From: an uncultured Chloroflexia bacterium
GTDB taxonomy: Bacteria > Chloroflexota > Anaerolineae > Anaerolineales > Anaerolineaceae
DNA length: 64,000 nt
NCBI GenBank assembly: GCA_963747315.1
Contig: CAVVEQ010000011.1
Coordinates: 53,723-117,722, forward strand
Reading direction: 5' to 3'
The translations under genes and the position numbers were made by a program. The notes under the pieces were generated by a model. The model did no database searches and had not been told where the DNA came from. It was given only the letters and a program-made list of their open reading frames with translations. This document shows, in pieces, positions 10,029 to 19,158 of the stretch (within the stretch, counting starts at the first letter, position 1; every line of letters starts with the position of its first letter).

Positions 10029-10673
10029 TCAGAGTCGCCTGTTCCCCCTCCCGAGGCGGGCCAGGAACATTTCAATCTCCTGCCTCCGCTTCCGGTAAAC
10101 ATCCTCGCGCACGAGGATCTCCATGCCATCATCCACTTCGATCCGCCGCCAGGTATCCGGTGGTTTTGGCGGGGTGTTGCTCATATCCCTGCTTTCAAGG
10201 CTCATCGGTTCCGGGCTCATCCGCCGGAGAAGCGCCGGGCTGGGAGAACTGGGCGGTGCCATCTGATTGTCCTGGTTGTATTCGCGCGGGGCGGGCTCCT
10301 TCAGGTTGCGCAGGTATTCCCGCGCGGAGTAATTCTCATTAGCCTGAATCTGGGACTCTGACATCATCGGCAGGTTGAACTCGGGCGGTTCCTTTTCGTA
10401 CTTTTCCACGGTAGCCCTGATCTCCTCAGGTGTCATACTATCCAGCAGCTCGCGGATACGGCTGAGCGGCAGGTAGGATTCCTTGTAGAACTTGATCAGC
10501 CGGATGCGGTAGAGCGCATCTTCATCGTAGGCGGAATAGCGGCCTTTCGTCTGCGGCGGGGCCAGCAAGCCCTCGTTCACGTAGTAGCGGATCGTCCGCA
10601 CGGTGACGCCGGCTTTTTCTGCCAGCTGGTTGATCAGATAGGATTCCTTGTCCATTGCATTCCTTGACGCCAA
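10029..10673 (-). CDS. MerR-family transcriptional regulator with an extended C-terminal domain
   Basis: N-terminal HTH: INQLAEKAGVTVRTIRYYVNEGLLAPP...YRIRLIKFYKESYLPLSRIREL. Confidence 0.9.
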   Translation of the reverse strand: MASRNAMDKESYLINQLAEKAGVTVRTIRYYVNEGLLAPPQTKGRYSAYDEDALYRIRLIKFYKESYLPLSRIRELLDSMTPEEIRATVEKYEKEPPEFNLPMMSESQIQANENYSAREYLRNLKEPAPREYNQDNQMAPPSSPSPALLRRMSPEPMSLESRDMSNTPPKPPDTWRRIEVDDGMEILVREDVYRKRRQEIEMFLARLGRGNRRL

Positions 10674-10696
10674 TATGACACTTACGCTGTTATAAT
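10664..10696 (+). promoter_or_regulatory. Candidate promoter for the divergent ECF S-component gene with an over-long spacer (MerR-type architecture)
   Basis: TTGACG (10664..10669) and TATAAT (10691..10696) are separated by about 21 nt and overlap the merR-like start codon. Long-spacer promoters are typical MerR targets. I found no clean dyad. Confidence 0.25.
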
Positions 10697-10822
10697 AACA
10701 CTATTACGTCATAATGTCAAGAGGCAATTACACTGTCAAGATGACTGTCGTGTTATCTGCATGCCGCTTGCCGGACGTGCTACAATAGGCGCAAATCTGT
10801 GGGTTGGTGAACGGAGGGAAGG

Positions 10823-11380
10823 ATGTCTCAAGACCGAACGCGCAAGATCGTGGTGACCGGGGTGCTGGGAGCCATTTCCATCTTCCTGGGGGTGACTCAC
10901 TGGGGCTTTCTGCCCTGGTTCAGCGGGGCGTCCATCACCATCATGACTGTGCCTGTGATCATCGGCGCCGTGCTCGAAGGTCCCTGGGTGGGGATGGGCG
11001 TGGGGCTGATCTTCGGTCTCTTCAGCCTGATCCAGGCCTCCGTGGCACCCACCGGTCCGGTCGATGTCTGGTTCACCAATCCCCTGCTCTCCGTCCTGCC
11101 GCGTCTCTTCATTGGCCCCGTTGCCTGGCTGACCTGGAACGCGCTCAAGCGCTGGCCGGTGGCTGGATTGATGGCTGCCGGGGTGGCGGGCTCGCTGACC
11201 AACACCGTGCTGGTGCTCTTCATGATCGGAGTACTGGGTTACCTTCCATGGGCGGCACTGCCGGCCATCGCCGCCATCAATGGGCTTCCTGAGGCGGTGG
11301 TGTGCGCCATCATCACCACGCTGGTGGTTTCGCTCTACTGGCGGATCCAATTGGGGAAGAAAAAGGGAGCCGATCTTTAG
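10823..11380 (+). CDS. ECF transporter substrate-specific (S) component
   Basis: 185-aa protein with 5-6 TM helices and an N-terminus typical of ECF S components (KIVVTGVLGAISIFLGVTHWGF...). It is adjacent to the ECF T and A genes. The substrate cannot be assigned. Confidence 0.8.
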   Translation: MSQDRTRKIVVTGVLGAISIFLGVTHWGFLPWFSGASITIMTVPVIIGAVLEGPWVGMGVGLIFGLFSLIQASVAPTGPVDVWFTNPLLSVLPRLFIGPVAWLTWNALKRWPVAGLMAAGVAGSLTNTVLVLFMIGVLGYLPWAALPAIAAINGLPEAVVCAIITTLVVSLYWRIQLGKKKGADL

Positions 11381-11382
11381 CG

Positions 11383-12216
11383 TTAGCCGATGAAGACCGC
11401 GCCGGAGAGCAGCAATGCCAGCAGCAATGCCAGCAGCACAGCCGCGGCATCTTTCCACATGAATTTCAATTCACGCATCGAGCCGCGCGGGCTGTGGCTG
11501 CCGTAGGCGCGGGCATCCATGGCCAGCGCCATGCGCTCGGCTTTTCCCAGGCTTGAAATAAACAGCGGCACGATCATGGGGGCGATCCGTTTCACCTGCT
11601 TGACCAGGTTGCCCTTCGCCGGGCTCCAATCCGCGCCGCGCGAGGCCTGTGCCTTGGCGGTGCGCTCGGCGGTGACGGCCAGCAGCGGCAAAAAACGCAG
11701 CGCCACCTGCACCACCATGACCGCGTCCTCGGCTGGGATGCCGATGCGCGTCAACGGCCGCAGCAGGGCGCCCATCCCCGCGAGAAGGTCGGAAGAGGAG
11801 GTGATGCTGGTGGCCAGGCCGATGGTGAGGATCAGGTCAGTGAAGCGCACCAGCACCGTGACGGCAGCCATGACCCCCGCGCCAGTGATCTGCAGGAAGC
11901 GCCACTGCCAGAGCACGTCACCCGGGTTGGCCGGAGGGGTGAGGAAGAGCTGCAGCACAGCCAGGAAGAGCAGGAAGGGCAGGGGAGCAGAAAGTCCGCG
12001 CAGGGCGAAGCGCAGGGGGATGCGCGCCAGGAGCAAACCGGCAAGGCAGAACCCAAACGCGATTCCCAACCACCATAAGCTGCGGGTGAAGGTGAGCGCC
12101 AGGATGAAGAGGGTGAAGATGACGATCTTGGCGCGCGGGTCCAGGCGGTGAAGCGGCGAATTGCCGGGCAGGTACTGCCCGATGTTGATATTGCGCAGGA
12201 ACTCAAAATCGTTCAT
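11383..12216 (-). CDS. ecfT: ECF transporter transmembrane (T) component
   Basis: CbiQ/EcfT-like sequence (LHRLDPRAKIVIFTLFILALTF...). ATG 12216 overlaps the TGA of the upstream ATPase gene (ATGA coupling). The track ORF extends to 12234. Confidence 0.85.
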   Translation of the reverse strand: MNDFEFLRNINIGQYLPGNSPLHRLDPRAKIVIFTLFILALTFTRSLWWLGIAFGFCLAGLLLARIPLRFALRGLSAPLPFLLFLAVLQLFLTPPANPGDVLWQWRFLQITGAGVMAAVTVLVRFTDLILTIGLATSITSSSDLLAGMGALLRPLTRIGIPAEDAVMVVQVALRFLPLLAVTAERTAKAQASRGADWSPAKGNLVKQVKRIAPMIVPLFISSLGKAERMALAMDARAYGSHSPRGSMRELKFMWKDAAAVLLALLLALLLSGAVFIG

Positions 12217-13961
12217 GCGCCCCTCCCCAGGCAAACCCGCAGCGCTGCGATAAGCTCATCCTGCCCGGTGATGCCATCCGGCAACGGCCAACCATTGCCC
12301 CGCAGGATGACGGCTGCCTGTGCGCTGAGGGGCGGCTCCAACCCGGCCTGAAGAAGCGTTTCCCCCTGGCTGAACACCGCGCCGGTTGCGCCTGCAAGGA
12401 TGGACTTACCGTTCTGCATCACGGTCGTATGAACCGTGACCCGGGCGATATCCCCCATGCGGTGCGAGGAAAGCACCAGGGTCTTACCCTGCCGGTGCAG
12501 GTCCTGCAGGTGGCGGATGATCGCCCGGCGGGTGAGGGGATCCAGTCCGGCGGTGGGTTCATCGAGGAGCAGGATATGCGGGTCAAGCGAGAGGATGGAG
12601 GCAAGCGCAACGCGGCGCTTTTCACCCCCGCTGAGGGTCCAGGTGAACCTGTCTTTATAGGAATCGAAATCCAGCCCCACCGCGCCCATCGCCTCGCGCA
12701 CCCGCTCGCGCAGGGATCCCTCCAGCTTCAATTGTTTTGCACCGTAAGCGATCTCGTCACCCACGTACTGCTCGAAGAACTGCACCTCGGGATTCTGGAA
12801 GATCAGCCCGGCAAGCCGGCAGAGCTCGCGCACACTCACCGCAGGGTCATTGAGGTCGAAGGTACCCACCCGCACCGTGCCCTGCTGCGGTTTGATCAAC
12901 CCGTTCAGGTGCTGCAGCAGGGTGGATTTTCCGCTTCCGGTTGCGCCGATCAACCCGTGAGCTTCACCTGCCCCCACCTGCAGGGAGACAGCTTCCAGCG
13001 CGCGGTGCGCCATGGGAGTATCCGCCAGGTAGGTGTACCCCAGTTCCTCCACGCGGATGATCGGTTCCGTCGCGCCTGGGGGTTCTCCGCGGCGTGCTGG
13101 GGCGGCTTTCAACCCGCGCGGGGTTCTGATAAGCCGCAGCTCCGCCAGCATCCGATCAAGGGTGTAGATGTGCGGCTGTAATTGTGGCAGGAGCGGACGC
13201 AGCGCCGAACAGAATACCTCGGCAGGGGGCAGCTCCAGCCCGAAGGTATCCAGGGCGGGTGCGGAGAATACCTCGCGGGGGGTGCCATCCAGCTCCACCC
13301 TGCCGCCGCGCAGGACGATCACCCGGTCCGCCTGCGAGGCCTCGTCCATGTGGTGGGTGATGAGCACCACGGTCACCCCGCGGGATTTGAGCGCGTGGAT
13401 CTGCTCCATCAGCATCCGCCTCCCGGCGGGGTCGATCATGGTGGTGGGCTCGTCAAAGAGCACCAGGCTCGGCTGCATGGCAAGCACCCCGGCCAGCGCC
13501 AGGCGCTGCATCTGCCCGGCGGAGAGCAGGTGTGGAGCCCGCCCGCGTTCGGCTTCCAGCCCGGAGAGGCGCAGGGCATCCTCCACCCGGGCGCGGATCT
13601 CCGCGGCGGGCAGGCCCAGGTTCTCGGGACCGAAGGCGATATCCTCCTCCACGCTGGTGGCGATGATCTGCTCCTCGGGGGATTGGAAGACCATCCCGAC
13701 CGTGGAGCGGATGGCTTTCAGGTTTTTGGCATTGCGGGTATCCAGCCCGTTCACCCGCACGCTGCCTTCATCCGGCAGCAGCAGGGCGTTCATTAGGCGC
13801 AGGAGCGTGGATTTGCCCGAGCCATTGGCGCCCAGAACCGCCGTGAATTCACCCTCCCGGAAGGTAAGGCTTATCCCGTGCAGGGCTGGCACGGGGGTAC
13901 CGCCCGGCACCGGGTGGCTGAAGGAGGCGTTCTCGATCTGCAGGATGGGGACGGGGCTCAA
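12213..13961 (-). CDS. ecfA: ECF transporter ATPase, fused tandem ABC domains (EcfA-EcfA')
   Basis: Two Walker A motifs (GANGSGKST, GATGSGKST), two ABC signatures (LSAGQMQR, LSGGEKRR) and two Walker B motifs (LVLFDEP, ILLLDEP). Confidence 0.9.
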   Translation of the reverse strand: MSPVPILQIENASFSHPVPGGTPVPALHGISLTFREGEFTAVLGANGSGKSTLLRLMNALLLPDEGSVRVNGLDTRNAKNLKAIRSTVGMVFQSPEEQIIATSVEEDIAFGPENLGLPAAEIRARVEDALRLSGLEAERGRAPHLLSAGQMQRLALAGVLAMQPSLVLFDEPTTMIDPAGRRMLMEQIHALKSRGVTVVLITHHMDEASQADRVIVLRGGRVELDGTPREVFSAPALDTFGLELPPAEVFCSALRPLLPQLQPHIYTLDRMLAELRLIRTPRGLKAAPARRGEPPGATEPIIRVEELGYTYLADTPMAHRALEAVSLQVGAGEAHGLIGATGSGKSTLLQHLNGLIKPQQGTVRVGTFDLNDPAVSVRELCRLAGLIFQNPEVQFFEQYVGDEIAYGAKQLKLEGSLRERVREAMGAVGLDFDSYKDRFTWTLSGGEKRRVALASILSLDPHILLLDEPTAGLDPLTRRAIIRHLQDLHRQGKTLVLSSHRMGDIARVTVHTTVMQNGKSILAGATGAVFSQGETLLQAGLEPPLSAQAAVILRGNGWPLPDGITGQDELIAALRVCLGRGA

Positions 13962-13981
13962 GAAGGGTTCCGGTGAGGGGG

Positions 13982-14629
13982 TCAGGCTTTTTCTTCAGCG
14001 CCGGGCTGGGTGGGGGTGCTAAGGCGCACAGGGTACATGGCCACCACGCAGTCGTACCAGTCACCGCCGGAGGGCGGGCTGGACTCCTGGGCGAAGAAAT
14101 CCTCGCTCAGGGCCTCCAGGCGGGAGAAAAAGACGGCGGCTTGCTCGGGTGCCAGGCGCATGGAGCCGCGCAGGGCGGTGTAGCGGTGACGGGGGTCTGC
14201 GGTGGGGTCGTTTCCCACCCAACCCTCCTGCAGCCCCTTCTTCAGCTTGGCGCGGGCTTTATCGAAGACATAGGCCAGCAGCGTCTCGCTGCTTTCGGAG
14301 ACGGCTGCTTCGGAGGTGAGTAGGTCGGTGGCGATGCGGATGGATCGTGCGCGGGTCTGGTAGACCTTTTCTATGAGGTGCGAGACCATGCGCTCCTCGG
14401 TGATGCGCAGCAGCCCGTGCTCCTCGAGCAGCTTGAAGTGATAGTAGAGCTTGACCTGGTTGACGCTCAGCTCTTTGGAAACCATCTTGACCGTTTTCGG
14501 GGTTTCCTTGAGGATCTCGAGGATCTGCAGGCGCAGGGGTTCCGAGACGATGTGGATCGTTTCGAGATCGGAGATGACGAACTCTTCATCCGGCTGGAGG
14601 TATTTGCCGACGGCCATCACTTTGGTCAT
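13982..14629 (-). CDS. ArsR-like winged-helix transcriptional regulator
   Basis: HTH region LRLQILEILKETPKTVKMVSKELSVNQVKLYYHFKLLEEHGLLRI, with a C-terminal extension. It is the first gene of the ECF A/T transcription unit. Confidence 0.75.
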   Translation of the reverse strand: MTKVMAVGKYLQPDEEFVISDLETIHIVSEPLRLQILEILKETPKTVKMVSKELSVNQVKLYYHFKLLEEHGLLRITEERMVSHLIEKVYQTRARSIRIATDLLTSEAAVSESSETLLAYVFDKARAKLKKGLQEGWVGNDPTADPRHRYTALRGSMRLAPEQAAVFFSRLEALSEDFFAQESSPPSGGDWYDCVVAMYPVRLSTPTQPGAEEKA

Positions 14630-14845
14630 GGGGGCATCCTGTCATTTAAAAAATATTAAATAATTGTAGGCGGAAACGGGGGGGTGTCAAGGTGGGGAAA
14701 AAGAGATGGAACCTTCTTCAGTTAGAGGTTTGGCGCTTTAGTTATTGAGTATAAAATGAGGTTAAGTGTTGGTCACAAGAACGGTGCCTGACCTACGACT
14801 GCTTGCCAAGTGTTGATGAGGATATCATTTCAGATGGATCTCAGC

Positions 14846-16153
14846 TCAACGAACAGTGAAAACATTAATATCTCCCCCAAGAATCCCGGTGTATAAATAA
14901 CTCCCATCGTCTGAGAATTCAATGCCGTGGCAATTTGTATCATGGGAAAAAAGCAAAGAGCCATCTGCGGCATCTATAAGATTCAGTCGCTGGTATTCAT
15001 TATCACAGAAGGCAAATAAATCTCCTGCCGATGAAAAAATCCCAAAAAAAGGCGCTACGTCAGGAATTTCATAAATCACCTGATTCTTGAATAAATCCCA
15101 CATGTAAAAATGGTTCCCATTAGCCACAATTCCCATGAGCGATTGATCGGGTGAAATGTAAAATTTGGAGATATCCCCATAATCCCAATCAAATTTTTGA
15201 AACTGGCTGCATTCAGGTAGCTGTTTTAATTTTATTGAAGGGGATTCGCTACTATCATACACAACCAGGAAATCTTCCTTCGGTGAAAATTCAACAGTGA
15301 TAAGCCCCTCGTGATCTTGGGAGCCCCAACAAGTTGAACTGTCAGTGATCAGGTCAATAATTTTTATGGTGTCAGCGTGTCCTTCTGGTAGAAATGAGGC
15401 GGCATAACGAAAATGAGGTGACGCGACCACGTACCAATATGGGTCGGGTAATTTGATAACCCTTGGAAGATTGTTAAGATTGCTCGTATCGTGGATCGTG
15501 AAATGCTGCCTGAAATCTTCTTGTTGGAGAACAACCAGACTTTTATTGTCATCCATGAATCCAAAATTGAACGTATCTATGGATGTCGACTGATATGTGC
15601 CATCATAATCCAGAACCTTCCCAATAAAAGTTCCTGTTTTTTGGTTGATCCTCCAAACTTCCATTTTCCCGGAACCATGTCGATATTTATCGTAATGATA
15701 CCAAGCCAGGATCTGACCATCAGGCGATGCAGAGCCGTCAAGATTGTGGTATGTCAAATCAACAGTTGATTCAAAGCTGAAACCATCTTTGAAATCAGGA
15801 AGTATTTTTGAGAAGATGCGGTTACCTTGGTAAAAAACCACCATATTATCAACAATCGAGGGAACGAGGAGTTCGCCCTCAATAGTCGTATGATTGATTA
15901 ATTGCATACGGTTTGCATTGTTTATATCGATGATTTCCGGCTTAATGATAGGGGTAGAAACAGGGGGGACAGTTCCGGTTGGGATTATCGTTTGAAAAAT
16001 ATCGGACTCCAGGGCAGTTGAACTGTTGGCGGTTGGAGATGGAATAAGCGCACTTGTTGGTGAACAACCTTGCAACATGAGACCGATTATAAAAACAACC
16101 AAATAGAATTTTAAAATTATCGCAACAGGGTTCTTCGCCATATCAATTCTCAA
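14846..16153 (-). CDS. Lipoprotein with WD40/beta-propeller-like repeats, in an AT-rich island
   Basis: N-terminal TM helix plus lipobox (IIGLMLQGC), with repeated SPDG/SDDG-type blades. AT-rich codon usage. Start is possibly ATG 16141. Confidence 0.65.
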   Translation of the reverse strand: MRIDMAKNPVAIILKFYLVVFIIGLMLQGCSPTSALIPSPTANSSTALESDIFQTIIPTGTVPPVSTPIIKPEIIDINNANRMQLINHTTIEGELLVPSIVDNMVVFYQGNRIFSKILPDFKDGFSFESTVDLTYHNLDGSASPDGQILAWYHYDKYRHGSGKMEVWRINQKTGTFIGKVLDYDGTYQSTSIDTFNFGFMDDNKSLVVLQQEDFRQHFTIHDTSNLNNLPRVIKLPDPYWYVVASPHFRYAASFLPEGHADTIKIIDLITDSSTCWGSQDHEGLITVEFSPKEDFLVVYDSSESPSIKLKQLPECSQFQKFDWDYGDISKFYISPDQSLMGIVANGNHFYMWDLFKNQVIYEIPDVAPFFGIFSSAGDLFAFCDNEYQRLNLIDAADGSLLFSHDTNCHGIEFSDDGSYLYTGILGGDINVFTVR

Positions 16154-16445
16154 TTCTATGTCAGGAGGATATTTGGATCAGCCTATATTTATTGATATTT
16201 CCTTGTTATGACAATTCTAAACTCAAGCGCTTTCATTTTTTACCACTTGTAATCGAATCTCATTTTAGTGTATATTCTAAATTATTCAATTGGCAGTATT
16301 TCATTCGCCGTTTGGAACACTGAATTCTAATTTCATAACCCCCTACGCTGTTGCGAAATATTAATAAAGAATGAAATACTCACAGCAATATTTGGTTTTA
16401 ATTATACCTACCGGACGATAATTATTAGAAACATGGAGGAAGGAA

Positions 16446-17090
16446 ATGAAACTTTATGTGGTGATCTCGTTTGTATTAGTGTTTATTATTGTTCTTACAG
16501 GTTGCCAATCCAGCGGCGAAAAATCTTTACAGGCAACGAATGATGCGCTTGTGAGTGAACTTACCGCCCAGGCCGTTACCAACATCGAGGCTACTAGCGA
16601 GGCAATGATGGTCGAATTGACCAGGCTGGCAGAAATTGCAATACCAACATCAGTGCCGACCATCGATTATCTCACAACCACTGAAGACACAAGTTCTTCC
16701 TTTGCCTTGGAAAGTTGGCGGATTCTCTGGTTTCCATCGGCGACTTTTTTGGCGGATGATGTTGTCACATCAGAGGACTGGGACGATTTTGTTGCCGGAA
16801 TGGCCAGAAATCTAGCTATCCCCGAGCCGTATTACTGGGAATACCTGCAATTGCCGGATGATACGCGATATAAAGACATCGAAGAATACTACATTGAAAA
16901 GGCTACGGAGGAGTTTGACTATAAACTTGCCCAAACACAACAATATGTTACAAAGGGTGGAGATGATACCTACATTCTTTCTTTTACCAAGGGTAAAGGT
17001 GATGCTGCATCTAGGATCGTGATTCAGTTTTGGTCAAAGACCAAGGATTTTCCAGCATCCATGTTGGTGTTTTATGTAAATCCATACTAA
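16446..17090 (+). CDS. Lipoprotein of unknown function, in an AT-rich island
   Basis: Signal peptide plus lipobox (VFIIVLTGC). 214 aa. RBS GGAGGAAGG lies upstream. Confidence 0.6.
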   Translation: MKLYVVISFVLVFIIVLTGCQSSGEKSLQATNDALVSELTAQAVTNIEATSEAMMVELTRLAEIAIPTSVPTIDYLTTTEDTSSSFALESWRILWFPSATFLADDVVTSEDWDDFVAGMARNLAIPEPYYWEYLQLPDDTRYKDIEEYYIEKATEEFDYKLAQTQQYVTKGGDDTYILSFTKGKGDAASRIVIQFWSKTKDFPASMLVFYVNPY

Positions 17091-17157
17091 AGAACCATTT
17101 ACCACGCGCAAAAACATGCCTGATTTCACCGGTGTATAGCGTGTTTTTTTGGATTTC

Positions 17158-17190
17158 AATGCCGGATAACCTAAACCGGCATTTTCTGCC
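17158..17190 (+). terminator. Candidate intrinsic terminator after 16446..17090
   Basis: Stem AATGCCGG (17158..17165) / CCGGCATT (17176..17183) followed by TT. A T8 run also lies at about 17136..17143. Confidence 0.3.
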
Positions 17191-17400
17191 TGAAAATTTA
17201 TAATAAATATTCCTATTACAAAAAGTAGCCATAAACGGAGGCGTTAGGATTACTTTTTTCATTGGCGGATGCCGCTGACCCACCGTACAATCACATTTCA
17301 CCCTATACTATTTTATGTGTTGAGAAGAAATAATCTCCAGGCCTGGAGGGCAGCCAAAAACAGCAATTCGGTCATATGTTGTAAGTAGAAATAGAATTTT

Positions 17401-17427
17401 GGCGGGAACACGTTCCCGCCCTACGGC
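17401..17427. repeat. REP-like palindrome GGCGGGAAC-ac-GTTCCCGCC-CTACGG
   Basis: Seen directly. It shares the CCGCCCTACG end with 17510..17542 and 2229..2243. Confidence 0.7.
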
Positions 17428-17509
17428 CGACAATGATTTTCCTGTGGGAGCAAACTCTCGCTTATATATACCGTCAATGAATTTTTGCCGAGAGTAAAGG
17501 ATATTATTT

Positions 17510-17542
17510 CCGTAGGGCGGGTGCACTGCACCCGCCCTACGG
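17510..17542. repeat. REP-like perfect palindrome CCGTAGGGCGGGTGCA-C-TGCACCCGCCCTACGG
   Basis: A 16-bp perfect stem. It lies at the right edge of AT-rich island 2. Confidence 0.8.
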
Positions 17543-17601
17543 GTTTATTTGGCGGAATTGATCTCGTTAATCCTCCAGGTTACTAAATAGAAATAGTACA
17601 C

Positions 17602-17643
17602 TTGACTAATACTACAAATCTAGTATACTGTGTATAATACAGT
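17602..17643 (+). promoter_or_regulatory. Sigma-70-like promoter plus candidate PadR operator upstream of the padR-like gene
   Basis: TTGACT (17602..17607), 16 nt, TATACT (17624..17629). An overlapping inverted repeat ACTGT-N7-ACAGT (17627..17643) resembles the ATGT-N8-ACAT type of PadR operator. RBS GGAGG lies before ATG 17675. Confidence 0.4.
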
Positions 17644-17674
17644 AAATAAGAAAATGAGAACGAGGAGGTGAAGT

Positions 17675-18007
17675 ATGGAGGAAGATGAGATCCTGGAAAA
17701 CCTGGTGCTGGAACTGCGCCGCGGGGTCATCGTCCTGGCGGTGCTCAGCCAGCTGCAGGAGGAGCAATACGGGTATTCCATCCTCAAACAGCTCTCTGAA
17801 AAGGGGCTGGGGGTGGATCAGGGCACGCTCTACCCGCTGTTGCGCCGCATGGAAAGCCAGGGGCTGCTCGAATCCCGCTGGCGGGTGGAAGCGGATCGGC
17901 CCAGGCGCTACTACGTGGCCAGCCTGCTGGGCAGGCAGATCCTGCCCAAAGTGAAATCGGAATGGATCAAAATTTCCGGGACTTTGGATAAGTTCCTGGA
18001 GCAATAA
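17675..18007 (+). CDS. PadR-family transcriptional regulator
   Basis: LAVLSQLQEEQYGYSILKQLSEKGLGVDQGTLYPLLRRMESQGLLESRW... is a canonical PadR winged helix. Confidence 0.9.
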   Translation: MEEDEILENLVLELRRGVIVLAVLSQLQEEQYGYSILKQLSEKGLGVDQGTLYPLLRRMESQGLLESRWRVEADRPRRYYVASLLGRQILPKVKSEWIKISGTLDKFLEQ

Positions 18008-18022
18008 AGAACGGAGGAAAGA

Positions 18023-19039
18023 ATGAGTAACAAATTGATCGAAGCTTATGTTGCCAGTGTGGGGGAAAACCTGCCGGAGAAGTCGCGCGCCGATATCGAG
18101 GCCGAGATCTCCTCGCTGCTGCAGGATATGGTGGATGCCCGCGCCGAAGCCGAGGGCCGCGCGCCGGACGAAGAAATGGTCTGTGCGGTGCTCCGGGAAT
18201 ACGGCGAGCCCGAAAAGGTGGCTGCCTCCTACCGCGAGCCGCGCTACCTGATCGGTCCGCGCCTCTTCCCGGCCTTTCTGACCGTGCTGAAGATCGTCCT
18301 GGCGGTGCTGGGTGCGGTGGCGCTGGCCGGGCTGGTCTACACTCTCACCCGGTTCGGGACCGTGCCGCTGGAAAGCATCCTGACCGAGGGGATAGAATCC
18401 CTGGCGAAATACCTCTCCTCGGCGGTGACCGTCTTCGGGAACGTCGTGTTGATCTTCGCCATCCTGGAGTTCGTCCTGCCGCGCGTGGGACGAAAAGCAA
18501 AGGCCTGGGATCCGCGCTCGCTGCTGGGCTATACCCCCGCGGATGCCATCGAGCCTGCCGGGCTGGCGGCGGATATCGCCTTCTGCGCCTTCGCCATCGT
18601 GCTCTTCAATTTCTACCCGGATTGGGTGGGCGTCAGCTATATGGAGGGAAGCGGCTGGGTGCCAAGCGGCACGATCCTCACGGATGCCTTCTTTAGCCTA
18701 CTGCCCTGGCTGACCATCGCCTGGGTGGGGAAGATCGCGGTGGATGTAGCCCTGCTGGCAAAGGGAAGCTGGACGCGCGCGCTGCGCTGGGGGTTCGCCG
18801 CGGTGCAGGTCTTCATGATCGGTGTGCTGGCAGCCATGCTGCTCGGCGCTCCCATCATCGACCTTTCGAGCATCAGCACGACCTGGGGAATGTCGGATCT
18901 GCAGGATCTGCCCTTCGGCGGCGGCATCTACTTCACGGTGCGCTTCATCCTGCTTATCATCATCGGTGCAACCGCCTGGGATACGATCAAGGTGCTGAGG
19001 CCGGAGTTCACGAAGAAACCGATGCCTGTGGTCGAGTAA
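18023..19039 (+). CDS. Membrane protein with an N-terminal HAAS/DUF1700-like helical domain (PadR partner)
   Basis: MSNKLIEAYVASVGENLPEKSRADIEAEISSLLQDMVD is typical of DUF1700. It is followed by about 6 TM helices and lies 15 nt after padR. Confidence 0.75.
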   Translation: MSNKLIEAYVASVGENLPEKSRADIEAEISSLLQDMVDARAEAEGRAPDEEMVCAVLREYGEPEKVAASYREPRYLIGPRLFPAFLTVLKIVLAVLGAVALAGLVYTLTRFGTVPLESILTEGIESLAKYLSSAVTVFGNVVLIFAILEFVLPRVGRKAKAWDPRSLLGYTPADAIEPAGLAADIAFCAFAIVLFNFYPDWVGVSYMEGSGWVPSGTILTDAFFSLLPWLTIAWVGKIAVDVALLAKGSWTRALRWGFAAVQVFMIGVLAAMLLGAPIIDLSSISTTWGMSDLQDLPFGGGIYFTVRFILLIIIGATAWDTIKVLRPEFTKKPMPVVE

Positions 19040-19045
19040 AAACAC

Positions 19046-19073
19046 AAACGCCCCGAAAGGGGCGTTTTTGTTC
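19046..19073. terminator. Bidirectional intrinsic terminator between convergent genes
   Basis: AAACGCCCC-GAAA-GGGGCGTTT is a perfect 9-bp stem flanked by an A-run and a T-run. It sits between 18023..19039 (+) and 19159..20163 (-). Confidence 0.75.
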
Positions 19074-19158
19074 TGTCTTTGCGAGTCTCCGAAGGGGTCG
19101 ACACTTGCACCTGCAGCAAGTGCAGGCGAGCAATCTCAAACGAGACCACTATTGTTTC

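Noticed and set aside
10674-10822. Riboswitch upstream of the ECF S-component gene (TPP, cobalamin, preQ1, etc.)
   Set aside because: I could not find any of the conserved cores (for example CUGAGA for TPP, or the B12 box). Only promoter-like elements are seen. An Infernal scan would be needed to be sure.
17308-17526. 72-aa minus-strand ORF
   Set aside because: It is composed largely of the REP-like palindromes and AT-rich spacer, with no RBS or plausible fold.
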